Source: Fistulifera solaris (lineage: Eukaryota). From it: a stretch of 64,000 nucleotides of DNA. The translations under genes and the position numbers were made by a program. The notes below the pieces were generated by a model, which did no database searches, was not told the origin of the DNA, and saw only the letters and a program-made list of their open reading frames with translations. Position 1 is the stretch's first letter. Every line of letters starts with the position of its first letter. Positions 22,020 to 35,353 of this stretch are shown one piece after another. Where the stretch lies: positions 1,364,001 through 1,428,000 of the forward strand of contig AP026162.1 in NCBI GenBank assembly GCA_030295235.1. The letters run 5' to 3'.

Positions 22020-23659
22020 ATGGAAGCCGAGAGCTCTACAGAAACTGTAAGTGACTTGGTTTTCTTCATCACAAGAGGCTCATTCGATCCTCATTAAACT
22101 CGTTGGCAACTCGTCTTTTAAGCTGTACCGAAAACGACTGTTCTAATATCACTTTTACAGGGAACTCGCCATTCAGCTGGAAAGTCCAACTGGAAAAAGT
22201 TTCATGATTATGAGGTGGATGTCGACCCAGAGCAGGATGACAAAGCCACAGAAATCTTGTTGTGTTCTTCCGAAAGACCGCACATGCGAGCCTTTCATTG
22301 TGCGTGGTGGGCCTTCTTCGTGGCATTCTTTAGTTGGTTTGCCATCAGCCCGCTTTTGCCTTTAATCAGAGAGGATCTCGGATTGACCAAAAAGGATATT
22401 TGGACGTCTTCGATCGCAGCTGTAGGCAGTACGATCTTGATTCGATTTATTCTTGGACCTTTGTGTGATGTCTACGGACCAAAGGTTCTATTCAGTATCT
22501 CCTTGTGCACGACCGCCATTCCGACAGCCATGATCGGTGTCATTCAAACGAAAACCGATTTGATTGTTCTCCGATGCTTCATCGGACTCGCTGGAGGTAC
22601 CTTTGTCATGGCGCAGTATTGGGGCAGTCGCATGTTCGCGAAGGAAGTCGTCGGTACTGCGAATGCTTTGATTGCCGGGTGGGGCAACTTGGGAGCCGGA
22701 GTCAGTCAGCTGGTGGTCGGAAGCTATTTGTTTCCGCTCTTTGAATGGTTGACGGGGAGTTCCGAAACAGCGTGGCGAACGGTCGGCATCGTCCCTGCCT
22801 TTATTGCGTTCGTGACTGGTATCGTCATCTACCGCATCAGCGATGATGCTCCCAAGGGGAACTATTGGGAACTGAAGAAGAACAACGCCTTCACAAATCC
22901 AGTAACTATCCGATCATCATTCATGACCGGCTCGTGGAACATCAATACGTGGGTCCTTTTCGTTCAGTATGCTGGTTGCTTCGGAGTCGAGCTGACGATG
23001 TACAACGCCGCTGTCCTGTACTTTGTCGATGAATTCGACCAGACTACAGAAGCTGCGTCCGCCATTACCTCCATCTTTGGGTGGCTGAATTTGTTCGCGC
23101 GCGGACTTGGAGGTTTCTTTTCGGATGCTAGCCATTACAAGTATGGGATGCGAGGTAGATTGTGGACACACACGCTGTTCCTCTTATTTGAAGGTGTTTT
23201 GGTCTTGTTGTTTGCGTCGACCTCATCTTTGGGAATGGCCGTTTTCATTTTGATTTGCTTTTCGTTATGTGTGCAAGCTGCTGAAGGAACTTCATACGGT
23301 ATCGTTCCTTACATTGATCCGTTGAATATGGGAACTGTCTGCGGTATTGTTGGTGCTGGTGGAAATGTGGGAGCAGTCCTTTTCGGTCTGTGCTTCCGGC
23401 AGCTTACCTATGACACTGCCTTCAATGTAAGTATACCTGTTAATGTCTTCCGAATCAGTGTCAGCGTTATAACTTATCTTTGGCGTCGCAGATCATGGGT
23501 GTCAGCATCATTATCTCGGCCATCATGTCTGTCTTCGTGAAAATCCATGGTCACAGAGGATTAATTTGTGGTGAAGATTTGCGCATAGATCCCGAAACTG
23601 GAAAGGAGATTCTCGAGGAAAACAAGAGCCTTTTGGATTCTGAAGCTGGGGGCGTCTAA
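22020..23659 (+). CDS. NRT2: High-affinity nitrate transporter (NRT2, MFS), 3 exons
   Basis: RPHMRAFHCAWWAFF, nitrate signature AGWGNLG, QYAGCFGVEL, FARGLGG, GIVGAGGNVG. Introns at about 22047-22159 and 23427-23491. Confidence 0.95.
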
Positions 23660-23815
23660 TTTGAAAGCCGATCCATCGTCGGCAAACGGTTGCATATTTT
23701 TGTTCAAATTGAAAGAAGCTTTTGTGAACGACTAATGTTTTGAATTCAACGAGATTTTTAATTTAATAATGCTTTTTGTTGGTCAAAAGTCATTTTGGTG
23801 AAATGTACAGATAAC

Positions 23816-24657
23816 TCATTCGTCAAACGCTTTGTCGAACGGAAGTCTGTCTATGTATTCTTCAATGTCAAGCTCTCTTGATTTTCCTCCGTTAGGTAGC
23901 ATCCATGGTGTCGCTTGATCTTTATCGTATAGTGTCCCCAGATACTTCTTTCGTTCTTCCGGAGACGAGATAAAATGTATCTTGTCTCTCGTCTTCCGCC
24001 CTGCAAACGGTTTGAAGACCGTCCATAAGCACAAGAATGTTGTTGGAGCATCCAGTAAAAGATTGAGTTAATGTAACCCACGTAGTGATTTCGCAGGGTG
24101 GTCATGAGTTCTTTGCCGACACATGTTGGTGGCGTATGACTAAACGCAGAAAACCCTCGAAAGTCCACTACCGCGTTGATTGTTCCGTCTTTGGCTCGAC
24201 TGCAGGCGATTGCCTTCTCCATAGTCCATAAATGACTCGCCATGGTGAGCTCCGGATCATGAGACTGTACACGCCTGGGGATAAATATATACGTCGACCT
24301 TCCTTCGCGATCATGGCCCTGAACATAGACATGACCTGAGGAAAGAGAGTGCTTCAATTCTTTGTGATAGTAATTGACCGGATCGTCCAAAGCCTCCCGT
24401 AGTCTGTCTAGCTTCTTCTCTTTACGAAAGTTGAGCGTATTTCTGATCCGTTCTAATGCGAGAGCCTTGTCTTTTTGTGCCGAATCGAGATAACGGCGCG
24501 CCATTTCACAGACATGGAACCAGCGACCTTGCTGTGATTTCTGTGCGGAATACGCATAAGAAGTTCGAGCAGCTGACTCGATTTCGCTTTCGGATAAGCA
24601 ACGCAGGAGCGCATTGGCGCTATCATGTTCAGCAGCTTTCTTCACGGTAGCAGTCAT
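23816..24657 (-). CDS. CRAL-TRIO (Sec14-like) lipid-binding protein
   Basis: 'ARRYL..ALERIRNTLNFR', 'GHDREGR', 'VVDFRGFS', 'LRNHYVG..IFLLDAP..LWTVFKPF..TRDKIHF..GG'. One-nt frameshift at about 24058. Confidence 0.85.
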
Positions 24658-24841
24658 GGCATAAGATGCAAGAAGAAGATGGAAAAAAGTTATGAAAATG
24701 TGACACGTCGTTGTTTCTTGCTGTGTTGGTGATAGGCAAGGTATCTTCTTCGATGTTCGCGCAGCCAAGCGAAAATGAATTGGCACGACCGCTTCTTTTG
24801 ATGGTACATTACCAGCTATACACATCGCGGCGATGTTAAGT

Positions 24842-25079
24842 AGCCAAAAGTATGAGTAGCTTATAATGTTTAATACTTTTTTACCACACTTAAGCAAAAA
24901 ACGACATCAGTCCCGTTTGATAATGCTGTGTAAAAAGCCCAAAGTTTGAGTAGCTTATAATGTATAATACTTTTTTACCACACTTAAGCGAAAAACGACA
25001 TCAGTCCCGTGTGTTAACTGTTGTGTAAAAAACGGGTCCGCGATAACTTGAACCCTATTGAAAAACGACTTTGAGTAGC
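24842..25079. repeat. Tandem duplication of a ~94-bp AT-rich unit plus a partial third copy
   Basis: tgagtagcttataatgt.taatacttttt(t)accacacttaagc.aaaaacgacatcagtcccgt occurs twice, and tttgagtagc recurs at 25070. Confidence 0.9.
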
Positions 25080-25215
25080 GGATGGAGGGTGAAACGATCG
25101 AGCGCGAAGAGGCGACCGGGCAGCATCGCAATGATAACCATGGCGGCGACGACACGGGCGCTTAACACTCAGTCTAGAATACTAATCGCGCAATATATCA
25201 TAAAGATACAAACAC

Positions 25216-28200
25216 ATGGATTCGTTTCCGGAAGATCTGCTGGCTGGAGTATTTCCACTAGTCTTCGCTGTTGACGCCATACAAGGAAATGACGGCGGTT
25301 CTCCTCGAAGATCTTTGTTCGATCGATTTCTGGATGCGGTCGCGGCGTCGTTAGTGGAGGAGGCGCCGGAGAAAAAGTCGAGCAGTCTTTCCTTATTTCG
25401 ATCCGAATTCGAAGATGAACCGGGGCATGATGCGTTAGAGGAGTTTTCGTTCGGACAGCAAAGTCAAACTAGATCGTCAAGTATTACCTCTGGCATTTAT
25501 CCCGGTTTCCATCCGGGCTTTGGGATGAATAAAGCCATGAATCGATCGTTGAGCTCCGAAAGCGTTGACAGCAATAAAGTTACCTCGTTCGCGAAAACGC
25601 TCAATTCGGGCCGTGATTTCTTCCAGCAAGCGCGCATTGAACCTATTAGTGCAAGGCATGGCTTTCCGCCTTCAAAAGATCCGGAAGGGACGAAGAATTT
25701 ATCGCGTTACTTGCATCAAGTCGTTAAGCGAAAAAACTTGGATTCTCTGTCGAAACTGTTTCAAAATACAAGGATTGAGGGTATTCTTCCCGCGGGGTGG
25801 CTCGAAAAGCACGTCCACGCACTTCCTAGCGTAATACTTGTCGTATGTAATGTTACGTCCGACAGAATCAGTCAGGAGAAGCAAGACCAAAATCTCTACG
25901 AAACGATTGATCATCTCCGGCAAAATTTGGTTCCCAAACGCAATTGTAAAATTCATGTGATCGGGCTCTTACAAGATGATGTAACTCCGACACAAGGAGA
26001 TATTTGGGGTCGCTCGGTTTCCAGCGAATTTGGTGTCAATCATGGGCTACAGCCGAGTACTGAGTTACTCATCAATGTGACCTTACTTAGAGCATCGTCG
26101 GACTTACAAGCCAACGACACGGGTATGCCTACAAGTCCTGCTTTGAAGCGGTTACATAGAACGATCCGAGATTCAAGCCTGTCTTACTATATTCATCAAA
26201 CCCGACGCGCGAAAGATAAGTTGAGCATGATGTTAGGTCTGAAAGACGGAGTCGAATATGCTTCTCCACCGCCGCAGTTGTTGCCTTTTGCCATTCGGTA
26301 TTGCTTCAAGATAGCCATCTTCTATGAGTTTCAAGCCAAAGCTGAAAAGTCGCTGCTGTACATGAGCGAGGGCTACCGATACGCGTCAAAGTACTATCAG
26401 TTCCTGGTCGCCAAAGATTACAAGACCTCCGTCGACACATCCGACAGCGATGATTATCAGCTGGAAAGCGCTGCACATATCGGCGAAGACAACGACGTCG
26501 AAGTCTCTTTAGTTGGAACAGGTGGAGCAATATCGTGGCAGTCCCTTATTCCCGAAGCGCCAAAAGATATGATACACCAAAGTAAAGTGCTCGCCGAGTG
26601 GATGCATATGAAAGTCCTGTCAGCTGCGCTTTCGTCTCGAACAGACTCGGGGCTTTTTGCGGCGTCGGAACAATGGCGTGCTCATTCTCGCATATTTTGT
26701 TCGAGCATATATCAAGATAACGGGAGAATACCTCGTTGGAATCACTGGATGTATGTTGCTCGACAGAGAATCGTTTTTTCTCAATTAATGGAACGGCATC
26801 CTCCCTCTGTTACTAGTGACGATGGAGATCGAGAGCTATCCGAAGCGTTGCAACAATGCTCTCCTTGGAGAGCGTATACTTCGGCCGCTGAAGCAATGCT
26901 TCGTTTGTCGCTAGAGATTGAAAAAGCATTCGCTGCTTCAAAGAGGGCTAGTTCCGCGGAAAACGAAGTGGAGAAATTAGATACGATGCGACCTCAGTAT
27001 GTTGGTGCAATTGATAGCAAAGGCTTGTTCCCTTTTCTTGTTGACGAACGTCGAGTTCCCCACAAAGGTAAGTTAGTGACTAACGGTGCACGTCCGATCC
27101 TTCTTGCTTCACTCAACAATTTTTTTGAAGACAAGGCCCTTGAATTCATTCACCGCGCAATAACGCTGTACGAGGCCGAACTGGAAAGAGAAAAACGGGG
27201 CTTTTATGCGGAGGATAGCTTTCGTGAAAGTTCATCGAGTAGGGAGGGCGCACGGATGCATTATCTTGCAGGAGGAATACTACTTGGAATGGGTCGTCAT
27301 GAGCAGGCTACAAATTCTTTGGCCAAAGCGGCTAAATATGCGAGTGGTTGGCAGCAGCTCGAACTAGCTATTCGGCGGATGCTTATTGAATGCTATGAGA
27401 AGTATATACCTGCGACAAACGATAGCGAGAGTGACGCTCTTTGTTCCATGATCCTTGATTCGTACTTTAACGCAGAAATGTGCCCTCAGGAACTCAGGAA
27501 AGCACTTGGTCATTTTCTTTCAATTAGTGGAGGAGAGTCGCTGAAATGGTTTCACAAGACAGTGGACGGCGACGATACGAGCTTGCCCTTCTCTTTCGCC
27601 GTGAGCTTTCCGTGGAAAACTCACGCAACGTGCGGAGATACTGTTCAAGCTTCGGTCCTCATTCGCTCCAATTTGGACTATGCAGTCCATGTCAACTCAG
27701 TTGTGCTGCTAAGTTTAGCTGGAGAACTTTCTATTCACTCCGATGATTTGCGTAGTGCGACGAATGTGAGCGAGGGAAGTGAAGAGGGGATCATTATCCA
27801 GGCAAAAACAGCCATCATAATTTCCACTGAGGTTGTCCTTCCGAAGGACACGTCCTTTATCGCATCTGACGAGAGCGGCAATGGAGGGGAACAGCTAGGT
27901 GTTGCTGGAAAAGGGTCGTTTGCTAAAAGTGCAAGGCCTCGGTCAGCTGGCGTCACCGCAGCCGGTGGCGCACGTTTTCTTGCCGAGGACAAACTTCCGG
28001 ACACCACGCAGCAGTCGCAGGGATGGAACCTTCGATTTCTCGGGGGCAAACCCCTTTGCTGTGATGGTCTTCGTATAGCTTTTTACCCTGTCCAAGCTGA
28101 GAAATCAGCTGAAAAGGACTCATTGACATTCATCGAATTGACAATGCTTAGAGAAAAGCCTCGCACGGCGGCCAACATTAAGCGTACGCCTTACGAGGAA

Positions 28201-29996
28201 GAAAATTACATTGCATCGGCGTGGTCGCGACCAGCTTATCTACCCCTTTCCGGGGTCCGCGCAGCCTTCGTGTCTCTGAGCCTGTCCCTCATCTAAGTGT
28301 GACCAACATTACTGACGAACTGACTTCTGGAAAGGCCGTAGAAGGGACAATCAATAGGATAGTTCTGAAGCTGCAGGCTGGATCCGGGGAGGTTTGTTCG
28401 AACATCAAAATATCAGTGTCGTGCTTTAGCGTGTTGGTTACTCCTAGTGGTTCAACGAAACGACTTGTGAGCCAAGAAGATATTACCGCTGAAACCGAGA
28501 ATTCTCTTGATATGACAAACCCCGCATACAGAACACCTGTACTTTTGGGTCGGACGGAAGAGACGTCAGAACTATCACCATTGGGGTATTGTACTCCATC
28601 CGGATGGGCGATGCTTGGCTCTGGACAGACGCAGGAGACGATTGACTTTTCCACGCTCAATGGAGGTGAATGTTCGTATATTTCCTTGAACCTCTTCCGA
28701 CCCGCTTCGGACATGGAAGTGGATTTGGAACCCACCGAGTCACTTGTGTTGGAAAGGTTAGCGGACTGGAGTGTTTGCAAGACAGACTATTACGTTACTG
28801 TCTCTTATCAGCAAGAGCGCCCCTCGACAAAGAGAACACGCCCAGCAACGAGAGGACAAAGACGCTCGCGTCGGCCTCCAGCAATGTCTGTACCGCCGAA
28901 TGCGCCGGACAGTGCTTCTCAGCTCACGAAAGAGGAACAGATTGACGGAGCAGAGCAAGATGCAAGTGATGAAGTGACACTGGAATTTATAGGGTCTGTT
29001 GTGTGGACGAATCCTTTAACCGCAACTTTTTCCCGTGGATCCGGAAGTACGTGCCCCTCTGGTAGCAGACACCCATCGAATTCTTTGGTCAGAGATCCGC
29101 TTTATGCTGCTAAAGAATTCGCGTTGGTAGATGGTGAAAGTACAACTGCTGTGTGTCACCTTAAACTTGATTCGGCCATGGAAGGATTGGGAACCGATAT
29201 TGTCTCGGTCTCGTTGAAGGTATGTAAGAACCGTGGTGTATAGGTTTCCCATGCCAATATCTGATACGTTTCGATTTCCATGAAGACTGGTGAGGAGCTT
29301 GACGAGCAGATTGACTTGTTTGTGCGAACTGGTAGAGATGGTCTTCTTTACAGGACTACTGCGGATGATCCGAGCCGTCGTCTTTCGACAACTGACGCCG
29401 AATTTTCAATTTCATACGTAGTTGAGGCCCAAATGCGACCTAATGTTCTGCGTGGATGTGTGTCTTCTCATTTGGGAGTAATCGAAGTCGAGTGGCTTCC
29501 GAAGGCGTTTCCTTTGTCGCCTGATATTTCCAGTGATCCTTCGGCTGTGGCCGCAGGCATCGATGCGCATGGCCCTCTCGTCCTGGATACTCCATCCATT
29601 GTACGGTTCCGCGGTCCTCCATTCTACATTGAGAGAGCTCCATTCAATGCTGAGATGGTCCAATGTTCCGAAGTACCATCTGCGACGAAACCTTTTGAAA
29701 TCGCTTACAAGATACAAAACAACACAGCTTTACATCAGCACTTGACTCTCAAGTTACATACGCTTCCGATTGTTGACGGCGGGAAAGCTTCTGATATTGA
29801 TGGGTTCCTTCTTGCCGGCACTGTGCAAGGTGATCTGACGTTAAATCCTCATGAAATGAGGACGCTGTCGTACACTTTGTTGACAGGTCGCCCTGGACTC
29901 TATCAACTACCGGCCCTTGAGGTACTTTCAACAAGAAACAACACATACGTCGTTTCGGAGCAAGGCAAAAGCAAGGAGATATTCGTGATGCCGTGA
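25216..29996 (+). CDS. TRAPPC11: Trafficking protein particle complex subunit 11 (foie gras/Gryzun family)
   Basis: 'GILPAGWLEKHVHALPSV', 'RYCFKIAIFYEF', 'LAEWMHMK', GW motif, and a C-terminal Ig-like module 'YKIQNNT..GFLLAG..GLYQLPALEV'. Introns at about 27068-27130 and 29220-29285; frameshift at about 28250. Confidence 0.85.
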
Positions 29997-30094
29997 ACAA
30001 TTGGTATCGGCAGACGATGCGAACGTTGCTAAAAACTATTTTACGACCGATTCATCGCAGGCAGCCGCGTGTTCTAATGCTAAAGACTATTCTT

Positions 30095-30460
30095 ATAACA
30101 AAACGACGAATAAAGCTCAAGAAATGGGGCGAACGGACGAATTGTAGGTAACATTGTCAGTCTTTATTGGTCGCTCGAAAAGAATTTGATTCATGACTAA
30201 AATGCAGCAGTGGCGAAATCCGGACAACACTTTGGGTCCATAGTCAAATACGCCGACAACGTTTCGCAGGCTTTTCGACGCAAAAAATCAAAGGCGTCTA
30301 ATACAAACGCGTTAGAAAATTTGGATTGCAATAGCGACAAATGGAGATCTAATTCGTTTCGGCGAACGGACGATTTGTAGGCAGTATTGTCGCTCAAACA
30401 TTTGATTCATGACTGAAATTGCAGTCGTGGAAAGATGAGGTTACATTATGGACCACACTC
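30095..30460 (+). repeat. ~220-bp palindrome-anchored dispersed repeat, locus B
   Basis: tttgattcatgactaaaatgcagcagtgg (G 30195) and tttgattcatgactgaaattgcagtcgtgg (G 30411) are 216 bp apart. Both are preceded by ggcgaacggacga.ttgtagg. Confidence 0.85.
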
Positions 30461-30640
30461 ATGACAGCCTTACATTATTTTCCGCATTCGATGGAGAGTT
30501 GACTGTCTGTCCGCATTCCGCCCTTGCAAACCTTGAACCTTGACCAACGATCAACAACTGAAAAAACTGCACGCGCTTTTGTTCTTCACTTTCGTCGTGT
30601 TGTTACTAGGAATGATTAATAACAACAGCAAGATTCAACA

Positions 30641-32247
30641 ATGGGCAAAACAAAGCCGTTCGTAGATAAAAAGAAGTCGTCAACGTATCACTTGCTTCAC
30701 CGCTCGCAACGCGATGTTGCCTCCGATATTTTGCTGCAAGAAGGCGACTTGGCCGCAGCCGGAATGGTGTTGTGGCCCTCCGAAAACAACCTACCGACCA
30801 CCAACGAGGCGGTATTGTCCAGCGAAAGGGACTCGTCGATCATGTCGACATGGAGGAAGCGTCTGGAAGACGCGGGATTGTTGGAGGAAGATCCGGAGCG
30901 ATTTTTGAAGCCAATTACCGGAACGGGGACATTTCTCAACACGGCCGGTCGCATCGGAGACGCCCGGGCACCAAACGACGCTCGAGCCTTGTTGAAAGAA
31001 GACGATACTATTCTTGAAGTAGAAAGGCAATTTAATTCAATTCCTTTGACCGCTGATTGTATGGACGAAGATATAGCACAGGCTCTCTTTGGAGATTTTG
31101 ATGAGAACGAATTCGAAGAACTCAACGATGATTTTGTGTTAGACGCTGCTCAGGAGCCAGAAGACGGTGAGACTCAAGATGCGTTCGACTACGATGAGCA
31201 CATCAATCGGCTCATGGCCAAGGCAAAGCTGGAGAGAAGAGGTGATCCTACGATCCCCGGCGCTCACGCTTGGGGCAAACAAGACAATCAGTTCTTTTCA
31301 GGAATGAAGCCGCTTCACGAAAATGATGACGAGGACTCGTGGGATAACGAGTTCGGTAAGAATATGGGAGTGGCCCCATCGTTAAGTCCCGAGGAAGAAA
31401 AGGTGCTTTGTGAACAATTCGAAGCAACACTTCTTGAATACGACTCGGATGATTTGGGTGACTGTCCTGACGAGGAAATTGGAGGAACACGACCGCTAGA
31501 AGGCGATGCGCAGTTTGAAGCGACTTTGGAGGAATTTTTGACCGAAAAAGAAGATGAAGTTTTTATGAAAGGGAAGCGCGAATATCTGGGAGGCATTAAA
31601 GAGACGGGAGGAAGTGGATTCTCAGCTCTTTTGGGTGGAAGGATGGTCCACGCGAAGTATTTAAATGACGTGAACCCTGCCGAAGATGACGAACCCCCTA
31701 CGAACGTTAATCAGCTTCTGATGGAGGCCCAGGAAACACTTAATCGGCCATTACAACAGCCACCCGCCGAGGAGATTCTTATTGACGGGAAGTCATACTT
31801 TTCTGAGCGTGAGCGGAATCCTTGGGACTGCGAGTCTGTGCTCTCAACATATTCGAATTTGGCAAACAACCCTGTGACGATAGGGCCTAAAGTTCGACGA
31901 AAGAAGAAAAAGCAATACAAGTGTTTTGTCCCAACAAGAGGACGAACCAGTACAACACATTTTATTAAGCCAGAAGACTGGGCTGCCACTTGGAGTTTTG
32001 CCGTCCCGAACTGTCATGGATAGATTTGACGAAACGATTAACAGCGTCAATCGAGGAGAAGCTCGAAACAAGGAAGAATCAAATGAAGAAAAAGAAGGCC
32101 CGAAAGCAAGCGATAAAGAGGGAACGCCAGATGGCACGGATACAGAAGAAAGCCACCGCGGAAGTTTTCAAAGAAGAGTTCCAAAAACGAGCCGTAGATT
32201 ATGGAGTTGACGATGTGGCAGGCAAAACTGTTTTTCGTTATAGTTAA
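30641..32247 (+). CDS. LTV1: Pre-40S ribosome biogenesis factor LTV1
   Basis: 'KPFVDKKKSSTYHLLHRSQRD', 'FEELNDDFV', 'WDCESVLSTYSNLANNP', 'LSQKTGLPLGVL' and a basic C-terminus. Two homopolymer frameshifts (about 31910 and 32095). Confidence 0.9.
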
Positions 32248-32321
32248 GTACTAAAACTAATCTATAGTTGCGCTGCTATCACCTGAAACTGATTATGAAT
32301 GAATTGGTACGGGCCGCACAT

Positions 32322-35002
32322 TTACACTGCTGAAAGAAAGCACACCGATAGTTGCGAAAGAAGGTTAAGGATGGAGAAAATTGCCGAAAAAAGGAAGTGG
32401 GGTGCGTAGATGTCCCAAACCATCAGATGTCGACGCAGCACAGATACGGATATGCATGAACAAAGGGCTTCCACCACCTGGAAGATTAAGTTATAGCGCC
32501 ATATCGCTTGGCGACCGCGATGCTTGCTAAGTAGCCAAGTAAACACAAGGCCGGCTATTTCCCACCCAAACGTATTCAAAAATAAAGAAGCGCCGGCGAA
32601 CAAATAGTTAAACTCTTTTGTCGCAACAAATGCAGCAGAGAGCTGAAGGCGATTAAAAGCGCACCCATGATTCGTCGAAAAGAATGTATGTCTAGTGACG
32701 AGCTTCACAAGGACTGCAAGGACAAAAGAATTGACCTCGAAAGCTCCACTGGCCAGCGACAAAGCATAGATAACCGAGCATTGAACAGAATACAGAATAA
32801 GCGAAGCCGCAGCCGATGGACCCGTTACAAGCATGACGAGGGTCAAGAATTTGAACAGGGCAGTCAAGCCGTCGCTCTGAATCCCGTCCTTTGTGACACT
32901 AGCTTTCACTAGCGCATTCACGACCACAAGAAAAAGAGATGGGATCAAAAGTAAAAATGCAAGCCGACAAGGCAAGAAGCCATTCACGTCAGAATCTGAA
33001 AGTCGCTTTTCGCACCAGCTCCATCCTGTGAGTAACAGAGCCAGGCAGTCAAGGGCTGCGTGTACAGATGATCCAGTAAATTGTTTATGAAACAGAAACC
33101 TTCGGACAAACAATAGCCCGGAAAGACTTGTAAGAAATACAAAAGGATTATGTGAAATATGAAGTGGAATTGATGCGTCCATTCCATGCCCTGTCACTAA
33201 CGACGAATGACAGCGCGCACCAAGAGGAATGAGAAGTACGGCTTGCCAGGGAACTGTCACGACGCGATCACTCCAGAGGCGGAAAGCGATTATTGAGCAA
33301 AGCACCGAAATAGAGAAGCCAAGAGATTGTTGTTCCTCCAAAATGTAGCTGTTACTGAAGGTCAGCAACCCACTTTGGTAGACTATCAGAACTATTGCAG
33401 CTATTATTTCCCAATACTGAGACGCAGGTGTCTTGACAGTTGCTCTTAACCCACCCTCTTTACTCAATATGAGTGGCACACAGAAAGCAACAAGTGTGAC
33501 AGACAGTAGAACAATACCCGTTGTCATGCCAAAAGTGTATCGAACCGAGTCCACACTCTTTGACCAAGATCCAAACATTCCCTTAGAAATACTTTGAAGT
33601 GACTGGAGGCACGAAGATACGCTTCAACACTTATGCCGGCCTCTTTGTCCTCTCGTAGAGCGTCCTTGTAAAGATCGACAGCAGTTTTCAATTTGAGGGC
33701 GAGGTCATCTAGGCCAGAAAGCCGGTTCGCCGTCGCTGAGTATACATTGAAATAACGCCAGATTTGAGCCGCATTCAAGGCTAATGCGGCAGTTGTTCTG
33801 CGTACGTCTTCACCAGGCACAAGTGCAGGGACGAAGCTTCCCAAATTGGCATAGGGAATCGGAAGGCCCAAGGTCATTGAAATCGTCGACACCAAGTCTA
33901 TTTGATGGATGGAAGAAAACTGTGCTTCTTTCACAAGTTCTGACACAGACACTGTTTCTTCCAGCTGATCCCACTCAGCACTCTCTCCGCATACAGGAGA
34001 TGAATGGACGAAGAGAGCTGCATGGGTCTCTTCCGCTGTCCCTCCTCCGTGATTCCCATCTTCGGTCATCCCGTGATCACCAAAAATAAAAGTCGTGTGG
34101 CACGAGTCGGACTTATCAAGTCTATCCAGGATCTTCGAGAGAGCGCCATCCATTTCTTTGAGTTTAGCGTCCATGTGCTGATTGTGCGGGCCGTACGTAT
34201 GCCCGACATGATCCACGCCCAAAAAGTGAACCACAATAACCTCAAGGTCTTCCGTCACAGAAGCCCTTGTCCGTATCCTGGATAACATATTAAAAATGTG
34301 TTTCAAGCATCCATTGTCCACAGTGTCAAGATCGCGTGTATTGAACGAAGGATACGGATAGCTCTCGGCAAAGAAACCAGGAAAAAGGTCTTCCCACGTA
34401 TCATCGCCGACGAAACCCATTCGTGCTCGATGAGCCGAAAGTCCCCTGTTTCTTCCATCAATCGTAACTACTTGATGCATCCACGAATCTTCTTCGACTG
34501 TCGCTCCTCCCATATTCGCAGAGATATCTGCGAAAGTGGGTAATCCTCCGGTAGTGAGTGCTTTCAACCGTTGCATGGTAACTGTAGGGGGATCGGCCAC
34601 AAACTGGAATAACCGAGCCTTCGCTTGCGTTCTGTTAGAGCCCTCTCTGACTTCGTGTTCAGGTTTTAAGCGTCGACCGACAGAATTCGGTAAATTGTAG
34701 TAGGCAAAATCGAAACGTAATGCATCGACAACCAGTATAACCAAGGAATCAATTTTTCGATCCATCCAACAACCATTCCTTTCCTGTGAGGGCGATGATA
34801 GTATTTGGGATGATTCAAGGTCCCTCACTTCCTCCAACGTCAAACCGAGAACTTCAGTCAGTAGAGTCGCTGCTTCATCACACGACGATCGCTCCGCCAG
34901 ACTCCGTTTGGCCAGAAAAAATGAGGCGGTGAACCAGTACAATCCGAACAAGCACAAGCATATCCAGAATATGTCGTAATATCGACGCTTTCGACTCCCC
35001 AT
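32322..35002 (-). CDS. PIGO: GPI ethanolamine phosphate transferase 3 (PIG-O/Gpi13)
   Basis: 'LVVDALRFDF', 'ADPPTVTMQRLKALTTG', 'GDDTW', 'HFLGVDHVGH', 'GDHGM..GNHGG', and C-terminal 'FSTNH..F..LQ..AF' and 'RRHLMVW..AP'. Frameshift at about 33535. Confidence 0.92.
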
Positions 35003-35353
35003 AGCTCTAGCGAAGCTTATAGTGATCTTAAAGAAGCTCAAGTATATTATTTTAATAGTAATATGTCAACACCTTTTACTGATGAAGATTCATTCATTCC
35101 AATCTTTCATAGCTCGTCGCCGGCACCGAAAAAATGCCACCATAATGGCTAACGAAAAAGTACATTCTTACACACTGTAAATATGTAGTATAACGTAAAA
35201 TAGTTGTCGCGTGTGGGCCTCCTCTCCACGTACGACGAAAAGACGTAAAAGCAAAACCAACCAACATTACAGAAAAAGAAAAAAACGACGATGGATTGCA
35301 GAACAGAAACAATCCGGATGAGCTGCTGAATTCAAGAAATCAGGAACAGTATC

